Made by a program: the position numbers and the translations under genes | Assembly (NCBI GenBank): GCA_041601615.1 | Contig: JBFIHX010000001.1 | Coordinates: 128,001-192,000, forward strand | Direction: 5' to 3' | Length of the DNA stretch: 64,000 nucleotides | DNA from: Thermoplasmatota archaeon | GTDB lineage: Archaea > Thermoplasmatota > E2 > JACPAO01 > JAHFTW01 | Part shown: positions 56,068-64,000 of the stretch, in pieces | Numbering within the stretch: position 1 is the stretch's first letter | How the letters are laid out: every line of letters begins with the position of its first letter | The notes under the pieces: model-generated | Database searches by the model: none | What the model was told of the DNA's origin: nothing | The model's input: the letters and a program-made list of their open reading frames with translations, nothing else

Positions 56068-56094
56068 TTTGTCCGGGGCTTAATCCCGGACAAA
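56068..56094. repeat. Perfect 10-bp inverted repeat
   Basis: TTTGTCCGGG-GCTTAAT-CCCGGACAAA. Confidence 0.85.
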
Positions 56095-56116
56095 AACGGT
56101 TTGGTCCGAGCGGGCG
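56086..56116 (+). repeat. Direct repeat copy 2
   Basis: ccggacaaaaacggtttggtccgagcgggcg; matches 51320-51352. Confidence 0.85.
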
Positions 56117-56183
56117 TCGGCGGGAGGCAGGTCGCCGTCGCGGTGCGAACCCTTCAAGCGCGCTGCGCTCCTGTTGGGCTTTG

Positions 56184-56600
56184 TTGGCGATTCAGTATTT
56201 GAGCCAGGAGTGGGCGGAGGCGGCGTTGGCGCGTGTGGAGTCGGATGCGGAGGTCCGCTCGGCGTTGAAGGGCGTCAAGATCAGCATTCTGGCGATTATT
56301 CTTGGCAGCCCTGAGGGGCGCTATGGTTTCTTGTATGTGGCCTTCGACGGAACGGGCTTGTCAGAGTACCGAGTTGGGTACGATTATGATGCTGTGACGA
56401 AGGGCTTGGAGAGTCCGACGTTTGTGGTCTCGGGGCCGTATGAGGTGTTTGCGTCGGTGGTGCGTGGCGAGATTACGGAACGCAAGGCGTTGATGACGGG
56501 CAAGCTTCACTTGACGGGCGGCCTGTTGCGAGCACTTCGCCACATGAACGCAATGACGATCATCACGGATTCGCTCAACAGCATTGAATGCGAAACCTAG
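56184..56600 (+). CDS. SCP2 sterol-binding domain protein
   Basis: YLSQEW N-terminus; GPYEVF...GE...ALMTGKLHLTG; TTG start inferred. Confidence 0.8.
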   Translation: MAIQYLSQEWAEAALARVESDAEVRSALKGVKISILAIILGSPEGRYGFLYVAFDGTGLSEYRVGYDYDAVTKGLESPTFVVSGPYEVFASVVRGEITERKALMTGKLHLTGGLLRALRHMNAMTIITDSLNSIECET

Positions 56601-56607
56601 ATTGAAA

Positions 56608-57741
56608 TTATGCGGTTTCGAGGAGGATGATTTTGCCCTTGCGGGTGACGTTGACGCTGCCCTCCACGCCGAGCCATTCGCGTGCCTCGTCGCTTTGCAT
56701 GCCTTGACAGCGTAGCAAGTCTTCGCTGCTGAATTGGCTGACGGCGCGAGCGACGGGTGCTCCTTCATGATAGATTTCTACGACGCTTTCGACAGGGAAG
56801 CTGCCCTCGACGCCGCGAACTCCGGCGGGTAGAAGGTGGAAGCCTTCGTGGAGTGCTTTTGCGGCTCCTTCGTCGATGAGGATGCGGCCTTGGGGTGTGG
56901 CTGCGGTGATCCAGCGCTCCTTGCCGTCGCGGCGCCCGACGGTGTCGAACCATGTTCCCAGCTGCACTGGTTCGCCCTCGGCGTCGAGCTCTGGGTGTAG
57001 GAGTTTGTGCAGCACGCCTTGTTCGCGGCCGTAGGCGATGACCACGGGAACGCCTGCTTCGGTCAGGTGCTTGGCGGATTCGAGTTTGCTGCGCATGCCG
57101 CCTCGTCCGTTTTTGCCGGGTTTTCCGGCCATTTCGAGCACTTCGGGCGTAATGGTTTCGACGCGGGATACGAGTGCGGCGGTTTTGAGGTGGGGTGGCT
57201 TGTCAAAGAGTCCGCGTACGTCGCTGAGGATGATGTAGAGGTCGGCTTCGACTTTGGCGGCGACCAGGGCACCGAGGCGGTCATTGTCGGTGAAGGAGGC
57301 GTCGATTTCTTCGGTGCTGGTGGTGTCGTTTTCGTTGATGATGGGCACGGCGCCGGCTTTGAGGAGTGCTTCGAGGCAGTTGCGCAAGTTGAGGTAGCGG
57401 CGGCGCACGTCGAAGGTGTCTGCGGTGACGAGAATTTGTGCGGCGGGGATTTTGTGGTGCCGGAGGGCGTTGTCCCAGGCTTGCATGAGTCGGTGTTGGC
57501 CGACGGCGGCGCAGGCTTGGCGCGTGGGGATATCGAGGGGCGTTTCGGGCAAGCGTAGGGCTGCGCGTCCGCTGCCGATGGCGCCACTGCTGACGACGAG
57601 GATTTGGTGGCCCTCGGAGCGCAGTTGGTGGATTTCCTCTGCGAGGCTTTGCAGGAGTTCCTTGTCGGGCAGTCCATTCGGGTCGCAGAGCGTGTTGGTG
57701 CCGAGTTTGACGACGACGCGGCGTTGTTCAGGATCGAGCAT
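56608..57741 (-). CDS. proB: Glutamate 5-kinase with PUA domain
   Basis: VVKLGT, VSSGAI, AAVGQ, PIINENDT, DNDRL, GGMRSK. Confidence 0.96.
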   Translation of the reverse strand: MLDPEQRRVVVKLGTNTLCDPNGLPDKELLQSLAEEIHQLRSEGHQILVVSSGAIGSGRAALRLPETPLDIPTRQACAAVGQHRLMQAWDNALRHHKIPAAQILVTADTFDVRRRYLNLRNCLEALLKAGAVPIINENDTTSTEEIDASFTDNDRLGALVAAKVEADLYIILSDVRGLFDKPPHLKTAALVSRVETITPEVLEMAGKPGKNGRGGMRSKLESAKHLTEAGVPVVIAYGREQGVLHKLLHPELDAEGEPVQLGTWFDTVGRRDGKERWITAATPQGRILIDEGAAKALHEGFHLLPAGVRGVEGSFPVESVVEIYHEGAPVARAVSQFSSEDLLRCQGMQSDEAREWLGVEGSVNVTRKGKIILLETA

Positions 57742-59008
57742 GGAGGGTCTCCCAGGCGTGGTTTCGGTAGGCGTCGGGGTCGGGTTCGAAGTGGATGTGT
57801 TGGAAGCCGTGGTCGTGGTAGTCGGCGGCGCGGTGTCCATTTCCGACGAGGATCCAGCGCGTGGTGACGAGTCCTTCGACCCCGACGGGGCCGCGGGCGT
57901 GGATTTTGCCGGTGCTGATGCCCACTTCGGCGCCGAGGCCGTAGCGATAGCCGTCGGCAAACCGCGTGGAGGCGTTGACGAATACGCCTGCGGAGTCGAC
58001 GGTGTCTACGAAGGATCGCATGGCGGTGGGATCTTCGGTGATGATGGCGTCGGTGTGGCCGCTGCCGTGGCGGGCGATGTGTTCGACGGCTTCGGCTAGG
58101 TTTGCGACGATGCGGACGTTGATTTCGGGGGTGCCGTATTCTTTGTCCCAGTCGGCGTCGCCTGCGTGGACGGTGATGCCGGCGGCTTGGAGTCGGACAA
58201 GGAATTCCGGCAGCCATGCGCGGTGGGCGTCGTGCACGAGGAGGGTTTCGACGGCGTTGCAGGCGCTGGGGCTGTCTAGTTTGGCGTCGACGACGATGCG
58301 TTCGGCTTTGTTCAAGTCGGCGTCGGCGTCGATGTAGACGTGGCAAATGCCGGCGGCGTGGCCGAGGACCGGGATGCGTGTGTTGCGTTGGATGTGGCGC
58401 ACGAGTTCGTTGCCGCCGCGGGGTACGATGAGGTCCACGTGCGAGTCCAATTCGAGAAGATCGGTGACTTCGGTGCGGTCTTCGAGCAGTTGGACGGCGT
58501 CTGGCGGTAGGGACGTGGTGGCGAGTGCTTCGCGGAGGACTGCGACGATGGCGGCGTTGGTGTGGGTCGCTTCTTTGCCGCCTTTGAGGAGGACGGCGTT
58601 GGCGGTTCGCAGGGTGAGCGCGGGAATTTGGATGCAAACGTCGGGGCGGCTTTCGAAGATGCAGGCGATGACGCCGATGGGTTGGGTGACTTGCCAGAGG
58701 TGAAGGTCGTTGTCCATATCGGTGCGGCACACGGTTCGGCCCACGGGATCGGCGAGGCGCGCAACTTGGCGCAGGCCGTCGACGACGATGGCGAGTTTGT
58801 CTGGCCCGAATCGCAGTCGTTCCAGCAGGGATGGCTCGAGGCCGTCGGCGGTGGCAAGGTCCTTGTCGTTGGCGGCGTGGAGTCGCGGGGCGGCGGCTTC
58901 TAGGGCGTCGGCGATGGCTCCGAGGGCTTCCTGGCGGGCTTGGTCGGGTGTGGCGAGCATGGCGCGTGCTGCGTTGCGTGCGCGTACGGCCTTTTCCATG
59001 ACTCCCAC
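57728..59008 (-). CDS. proA: Gamma-glutamyl phosphate reductase
   Basis: IFESRPD, LKGGKEA, PRGGNEL, SACNAVETLLVH, HGSGHTDAI, NASTRFADG, GISTGKIHARGP. Confidence 0.97.
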   Translation of the reverse strand: MGVMEKAVRARNAARAMLATPDQARQEALGAIADALEAAAPRLHAANDKDLATADGLEPSLLERLRFGPDKLAIVVDGLRQVARLADPVGRTVCRTDMDNDLHLWQVTQPIGVIACIFESRPDVCIQIPALTLRTANAVLLKGGKEATHTNAAIVAVLREALATTSLPPDAVQLLEDRTEVTDLLELDSHVDLIVPRGGNELVRHIQRNTRIPVLGHAAGICHVYIDADADLNKAERIVVDAKLDSPSACNAVETLLVHDAHRAWLPEFLVRLQAAGITVHAGDADWDKEYGTPEINVRIVANLAEAVEHIARHGSGHTDAIITEDPTAMRSFVDTVDSAGVFVNASTRFADGYRYGLGAEVGISTGKIHARGPVGVEGLVTTRWILVGNGHRAADYHDHGFQHIHFEPDPDAYRNHAWETLHARS

Positions 59009-59220
59009 GGGTGCTGCAACGCGCGCGCCTTCATGAAGCCTGTCGGTCAGGGGAGCGGAAGTACACGAGTCGAGGTGGCCATGGCCTGAACTGGCCGTTT
59101 GCTCGCGATGCTAGAGTTTGAGCACGGTCGATGTTCGGGTTGAGGGTCTTGATTATAGGCAAAATTTTCCTGCCGCGCGTCTCATCCTGGAGGCGGTTTT
59201 GATTGGCGCGCAAGACACCG

Positions 59221-59589
59221 TTATTCGATTGGGCCAAGTAGCTGGCGAGCGCCCCAGTGAACCAAATGCCATGCCAGCGCCAACGAGCCAATCCCTCCAG
59301 CAAACCCTGCCAGTGCGCGCATCCAGTTGTTTTGCCACTTGCCCCAAACGCTTTGAATGAACCAGTCGCCCAGGCAATATGTGAATCCAAAAGCACCCAC
59401 GACTAGGCGAGTTTGGCTGGGAAGGGCCCAAGCAATTGCTATTCCTATGAGCAAACCTGGCATGAGCCCCACGCATCGCGAGCAGAGCAACATGCTTTGA
59501 CCTCGGATGTTTAGACACCGGTCCTCTTGCTGGTGGCAGTGCCAAAACTTCGCCCACCAAGGATGGACTACCTCCCAGTGGTCCGTCAA
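59221..59589 (-). CDS. DUF2085-like membrane protein
   Basis: CHQQEDRC...CSRCVG motif, DW..Q, NN.MR..G; TTG start overlapping the upstream stop. Confidence 0.75.
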   Translation of the reverse strand: MTDHWEVVHPWWAKFWHCHQQEDRCLNIRGQSMLLCSRCVGLMPGLLIGIAIAWALPSQTRLVVGAFGFTYCLGDWFIQSVWGKWQNNWMRALAGFAGGIGSLALAWHLVHWGARQLLGPIE

Positions 59590-59960
59590 ATTTTCTGGCG
59601 ATGGCCGCAGTGTAAACACACCCTGTGACGTTTGTTGGCTCCTTGCCCCCCGAGGAATGCGCCACATGGGCCGCAGGCCAAGAAGCCGCAACAGCCCTTT
59701 CCGTATCCGTATCCTTTTTTGTCGAGGGCGAACTGGTTTCTTCCGCATTTGGGGCACGCTATCGTGGGCGGCGATTCTGCTACGGGGGCAGTCGGAATAC
59801 TGGGTGCAATTGTGGCTCCGGGCCACGCCGAAGTCTCATCAGATGGATTCGCCACCGTCGCGACGCGGCCATATCCGCAATTTCCGCAGCTTGGCGTCTG
59901 GCCGTCGGAAACCTCGACAGTGTATCCGCACTGGGGACACTTTAGTCGGCGTGGTGGCAT
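59586..59960 (-). CDS. Cys-rich double zinc-ribbon protein with glycine-zipper segment
   Basis: CPQC/CGNC and CPKC/CLHC pairs around KGYGYGKGCCGFLACGPCG. Confidence 0.7.
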   Translation of the reverse strand: MPPRRLKCPQCGYTVEVSDGQTPSCGNCGYGRVATVANPSDETSAWPGATIAPSIPTAPVAESPPTIACPKCGRNQFALDKKGYGYGKGCCGFLACGPCGAFLGGQGANKRHRVCLHCGHRQKI

Positions 59961-60058
59961 TGAGCTAGGACTGATAGAACGCTATTTGAGTGTGCCCGAA
60001 TGTTTGGCACCGCATTGTTTGACGTTCAAAAACCACCATAGGGTTGCCACATAACGAT

Positions 60059-61024
60059 TCAATCCGCAACCATGGTGGCCCGTGCTTCCCGAGCTTTGCC
60101 GCGTCGAATGGTTTGCGCCGCACCCAGCAACACAAGCCCCCCTCCCGCCGCGACCCAGATGCTTGGCACTTCTCCTACGAGCGGCCATGCCAGCAAAGCG
60201 GCTCCCACGGGTTCGAGCAGGATCCAGGTGGCGACGGTGTGGGCGGGCATGTAGCGGAAGCACCAGTTGGCGAGGGTGTGGCCGCCGAGCATGGGAACGG
60301 CGGCTAGCAGGACGAAGAAGACGAAACCGGTGCCACCCACGCCGGCCGAGAGGGGTTGGCCAAGGAGTGGAAGGGATGCTAGGAGTGTCAGCGCGGCGAT
60401 TGCGTAGACGGGGGTGACGTATTCGACGAGGCCGCGTGTGGCGCGCAGGCGGCGCCCGATGAGCATGTAGGCGGCGGATCCGAGGCCTCCGAGGATGGCG
60501 AGCAGGTCGCCAAACAGGGCGCGGCCGGAGTCGGGGGCGAGTCGGCCGTCGGCGCCGGCGATGACGAAGGCTCCAGTGGTGGCGACTAGGACGCCGATCC
60601 AGCCGCGTCGGGTGATGCGGTCGCCGAGGAACCAGTGGCCGCCGAGTGCGACGAAGATGGCTTGGAGGGTGACGAGGCTGACGCTTGCGGCGACGGTGGT
60701 GTAAAAGAGGCTCGTGACCCAGAGGCCGAAGTGGAGTCCGAGCGCGATGCCGCTGGCGGCGGTGATGGCCCATTCGCGGCGGGTGTAGTTGCGCCAGGCG
60801 GGCCAGGAGGACGCGGTGAACGGTAGCAGGAGGAGGACTGCGAAGGCGAGGCGCCAGAAGCTGGCGGTGAGGGGTGGGGCGTCGGCGAGCCGGAAGAAGG
60901 GGGCGGCAAAGGAGACGCTTAGAACGGCGGCGGCGAGGCCGAGTCCGGGCGGGAATGCGGGGGAGGTTGGTGGCGCGGAGGGCCGAGGATTTCCTGCAAG
61001 GGGTCCGGCCGTTGGCGCGTCCAC
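60059..61024 (-). CDS. DMT/EamA family transporter
   Basis: About 10 TM helices; HFGLWVTSL, GDLLA, GHTLANW, LEPV. Confidence 0.9.
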   Translation of the reverse strand: MDAPTAGPLAGNPRPSAPPTSPAFPPGLGLAAAVLSVSFAAPFFRLADAPPLTASFWRLAFAVLLLLPFTASSWPAWRNYTRREWAITAASGIALGLHFGLWVTSLFYTTVAASVSLVTLQAIFVALGGHWFLGDRITRRGWIGVLVATTGAFVIAGADGRLAPDSGRALFGDLLAILGGLGSAAYMLIGRRLRATRGLVEYVTPVYAIAALTLLASLPLLGQPLSAGVGGTGFVFFVLLAAVPMLGGHTLANWCFRYMPAHTVATWILLEPVGAALLAWPLVGEVPSIWVAAGGGLVLLGAAQTIRRGKAREARATMVAD

Positions 61025-61084
61025 GGGTGGCGAGGCTTGCGGGGGGTCTTGAATCGCCCGTTGCTGGTGCCGTGGCCGCCTTGG

Positions 61085-61408
61085 CTAGGATTGGAAATAG
61101 AGGGGGTGGTGGTAGACGCAGTTGGGGTTCCAGGGTACGGCGCATTTGGGGCAGCGGCTGGGGTCGGCAGCGTAGCGGCGCAGGCTCAGGCGGGTTCGGC
61201 AGGCTCCGCAAAGAACCGCTCGTCGGTGCAGGTCGTCGGGGCCCCAGACTTGCACGAGGTGGTCCGGGTGGGCTTCGTCGTGGCATGCGCGGCACGCCCA
61301 GAATCCGTCGCAGCAGGGGAATCGGAAGTTTGCGATGTCCAGTTGGGTGCGGTGGTGGGCGCAGCGGCCGGCGTCGTCTACGTCTCGCCCCTGGATCTGC
61401 ACGGTCAT
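61085..61408 (-). CDS. CHY-type zinc finger protein
   Basis: RCAHH...FPCC...ACRACHDE...VLCGAC...CPKC...NPNC..H..LYF. Confidence 0.88.
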   Translation of the reverse strand: MTVQIQGRDVDDAGRCAHHRTQLDIANFRFPCCDGFWACRACHDEAHPDHLVQVWGPDDLHRRAVLCGACRTRLSLRRYAADPSRCPKCAVPWNPNCVYHHPLYFQS

Positions 61409-62001
61409 GCTCCGCTGGCGGCTGCACGATCGAGCAGGTAGTGGGTGATGGTGATGGCGTGGTTGCCGTGCAGCCAGACGGGGCCGAGACTGATGCGCAC
61501 GGCGTCGGGGGCGGCGGCGAGTTCGTCTTCGGAGAGGGGGATGTGGTCGCCCATCAGAAACAGCGGATCGGCTGGCAGGTCCTTGGCTGCGGTTTCGAGG
61601 GGTGCGCCGTCTTTGTCGAGGGCGACGGGGGTGCCGCCTAGTTCTGCGATTGCTTCGGCGAGCCCGAAGGGCGCCACTTGGATGCCGGGTTCCACATCCT
61701 CAAACCATGCATCTGGACAGGGGTGGCGCAGCGCTTTGCGGATGCGGGAGGCGGTGCTGCGCTCGTCGGGGTTTAGGTGTCGAATGAAGCGGGGATCGAG
61801 CACTACGGTGCGAGGCGAGGACGGATCGGCGAGGAACACGAAGGCGACTCGGGTGTCGCGGCGCAGGTCGTGGCTGTAGTGAAGAGCTGCTTGGGCGTTG
61901 CGACAAAGCAGGTCCACGCGGCCAGCGGCGCCGGATAAGTCCTCCAGCCCCCAGTCGCCGTTGGGTGGCACGGTGTGGCTTACGGTCAGGAACGTCCTCA
62001 T
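61405..62001 (-). CDS. trmY: tRNA (pseudouridine54-N1)-methyltransferase
   Basis: GRVDLLCR, LNPDERSTA, GDH, ISLGP.WLH..H.I SPOUT motifs. Confidence 0.92.
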   Translation of the reverse strand: MRTFLTVSHTVPPNGDWGLEDLSGAAGRVDLLCRNAQAALHYSHDLRRDTRVAFVFLADPSSPRTVVLDPRFIRHLNPDERSTASRIRKALRHPCPDAWFEDVEPGIQVAPFGLAEAIAELGGTPVALDKDGAPLETAAKDLPADPLFLMGDHIPLSEDELAAAPDAVRISLGPVWLHGNHAITITHYLLDRAAASGA

Positions 62002-62356
62002 GCTCGTTCGCTCCGGGCGTTTGGCGTCCCGGGGTGGTGTCGGCGGGACGGGCTCAGGAGCAGGGATAATTCATGCACGGCTGGGCCAGTCGGCGATTCA
62101 TGATGATAGTGCCGGGTTGACCAAAAGGAAGCACTTGCCGCGGGTGCAAATTGGTAAAGGTCGGACACGGCGCGGACATGGCGCGGACAAGGTGGAGACC
62201 AGGCGGGGACAAGGCGCAGACACGGGGATGAATGGGCCCTCGAATTCGGAGGAGGACCCAAGGAACGCCTGGCCCACGCGACCGGCTCCAGTACTCGGCG
62301 GCCCAACCAATGGAATGCCCAGCACTCTTATGAACCACCGATTCGCCTTGCCTGCC

Positions 62357-63892
62357 ATGCGCTGTTCGTCTGTGGCCTTGATTCTAGCCGTCTCCATCCT
62401 GGCAGGTTGCCTTGATGATGGCGGCGACCCAGACGAACTGAATTCGCAAATTCCCGACCTCCTGCCGGCGATTTTGAACGACGCAGGATCGATTTCCGTG
62501 GAGGTACCGGTGGATGTATTCATGGTGGGCTTCCCGGAGAGCACTGCTGCGGCGGTGCGTGAGGATCTCACGGATGAAGCCATCGAACACGGTGTGTATG
62601 GCTTCTCTCGGAACTTGCTTGGTCCCGATGGCGCCACCGCGGGGTTCATGCCCAATCCGGTGCAACCCATGGCAAAGTACCGGGTTCATGCGGTTCCGCT
62701 TGGCAATTTGACATCGCAATTGGACCAAGTCCGGGTTGACAGTTACTATGACGCCAATGCCGCCGAGGAGGCCCTCGTTCAGTTGCTTACCGACGCTGGC
62801 TTTGCATTGGACGCAAACCGCCCTGCGTTGGTCTTGCTGCACCTAGGAGACAAAGGACACGGGTACCGCATCATGTACGAGACGGGCCACGTGGACCGAG
62901 TTCGTGCATTTGGCGAGCGGACACATCTTCTTGTGCTGGACGTTTCGGCAGCGGTCGACCCCTGGGTCGGAAGCCAACTTAGCTACCAATCTCCGGTGGG
63001 ATTCGACAACAAGGACGCATTGGTGGAAGCCGTTCGGGCAGCGACGCACTTCCGTTTGTTGCAAGGACCACTGTACCCTCCGGCTCTCGCGCCGTGCCAC
63101 GCGGTGACGCTCCTCACGGTTGTGCGCGCCGCATCTCTTACCGAAGTGCTACCGGGATACACCCGCGCCGAGGACTTGGTGCAACCCGACAACTTGGTGC
63201 AAGCGTGGGAGGCATTGCTTGGCGATGGGCGCGTTCACGTGGACCCCGCGTTCCTCGAATTGCCTTCGGGTGATCCTGGATTGGACTTGATTCTGCGCAC
63301 CGGGGACCTTGACGCTTTGCGCTACTGGATGGATGAAAACTGGGATACCTACTGGGTCCCCCATGATGGCTGCGAAGCGTACGTCAGCATCTTCCTCGTG
63401 GGAGACGTTGCCGACAGCGGTGTGAGCGGCATCGCCATGTACGATGTGCGTGACGATCGCCGACTCAGCCTCAGCAGTTTAAACGACCAAGCACGCATGC
63501 GCGAGGAGGGTACAGGAATGGGCGCCCCGATATTCTATGTCCCCGACGATAGCCGGTATGAGACCGACTGGCTGGATTTCCTGTACACGCACGAGACGGG
63601 GCACCTGTTTTCGATGCGCCACCCGCACGACATCACGATTCTCGGAACCGGGGGATTCAACCCGACGTTTTCCAGCATCTGGAGCGCCATGAGCTACCAG
63701 GAGGACGGGAAACTGCCTCAATTTGGCGTGGTGGACCAGACCAATTATGCTCGAAACCGCGCAGGATTTTTGCTGCAGGAACTCGCAGGAACCGACCCGG
63801 ATCATCCCGCCATCCAGTCCGCATTGGGCCACATGGGCCAATTCCACTGGCGGGCGGCGGGCGCGGTCCTTGAAGAGGCCCTGGAAGTCTAG
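62357..63892 (+). CDS. Lipoprotein zinc metallopeptidase (metzincin-like)
   Basis: Lipobox LAGC; HETGHLFSMRHPHD and Met-turn SAMSY; TTATGAA at 62328-62334 supports the start. Confidence 0.8.
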   Translation: MRCSSVALILAVSILAGCLDDGGDPDELNSQIPDLLPAILNDAGSISVEVPVDVFMVGFPESTAAAVREDLTDEAIEHGVYGFSRNLLGPDGATAGFMPNPVQPMAKYRVHAVPLGNLTSQLDQVRVDSYYDANAAEEALVQLLTDAGFALDANRPALVLLHLGDKGHGYRIMYETGHVDRVRAFGERTHLLVLDVSAAVDPWVGSQLSYQSPVGFDNKDALVEAVRAATHFRLLQGPLYPPALAPCHAVTLLTVVRAASLTEVLPGYTRAEDLVQPDNLVQAWEALLGDGRVHVDPAFLELPSGDPGLDLILRTGDLDALRYWMDENWDTYWVPHDGCEAYVSIFLVGDVADSGVSGIAMYDVRDDRRLSLSSLNDQARMREEGTGMGAPIFYVPDDSRYETDWLDFLYTHETGHLFSMRHPHDITILGTGGFNPTFSSIWSAMSYQEDGKLPQFGVVDQTNYARNRAGFLLQELAGTDPDHPAIQSALGHMGQFHWRAAGAVLEEALEV

Positions 63893-63896
63893 ACAG

Positions 63897-64000
63897 TCAC
63901 TCTTCCTCGTCCTTGCGGGCGCGGTCGTCGGCGCCGTCGGCATTCCACTGTTTGCGTCGAGGCAGCAACAGGACGCCCGCGATTCCTGCCACAACCAAGA
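63897..64000 (-). CDS. C-terminal fragment of a membrane-anchored protein entering from beyond the window
   Basis: LVVAGIAGVLLLPRRKQWNADGADDRARKDEEE-stop. Confidence 0.5.
   Translation of the reverse strand, partial: LVVAGIAGVLLLPRRKQWNADGADDRARKDEEE

Noticed and set aside
59982-61427. Long Arg/Pro-rich ORFs here and elsewhere (e.g. 744-1970, 57063-58730)
   Set aside because: They are shadow frames expected in high-GC DNA and overlap well-supported genes.
61898-62356. N-terminal extension of the metallopeptidase ORF
   Set aside because: It overlaps trmY and intergenic DNA. The lipoprotein signal and TATA-like element place the start at 62357.

Overview
High-GC archaeal DNA, most likely Thermoplasmatota (inference). 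Archaeal markers are pelota, Rqc2/RqcH, TrmY, a Nop2/RsmB-Nip7 pair, a C1:G72 short-arm tRNA-Tyr, three tRNA genes without encoded CCA, and starts that often lie about 25-30 nt after a TATA-like element. Positions 1.2-30.4 kb hold a bacterial-type Wzx/Wzy glycan cluster that ends next to tRNA-Glu. It has a priming phosphotransferase, GT4/GT4/GT2, a Wzy-like protein, Wzx, RmlB/RmlA with no RmlC/RmlD, an AlgD-like dehydrogenase and a DegT/VioA aminotransferase. It also has five sulfotransferases with their own PAPS supply (Sat-CysC) and PAP removal (CysQ). Embedded in it is an unusual tailoring set: two paralogous ATP-grasp-like ligases, two Fe/2OG dioxygenases (TauD-like and PhyH-like), a heme-oxygenase-like diiron enzyme and two WbqC proteins. 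This is the best candidate for an undescribed system: a sulfated surface glycan carrying an oxidatively modified amino-acyl or peptidyl group. The rest is mostly housekeeping: RNA modification, glycine cleavage with an inserted MNT-HEPN toxin-antitoxin pair, Rqc2-pelota, proA-proB and thioredoxin. It also has a ~4.7 kb cassette flanked by direct repeats that encodes a secreted Gly-rich protein with Cys-Pro tandem repeats. All calls rest on motif recognition by eye; no database searches were run.
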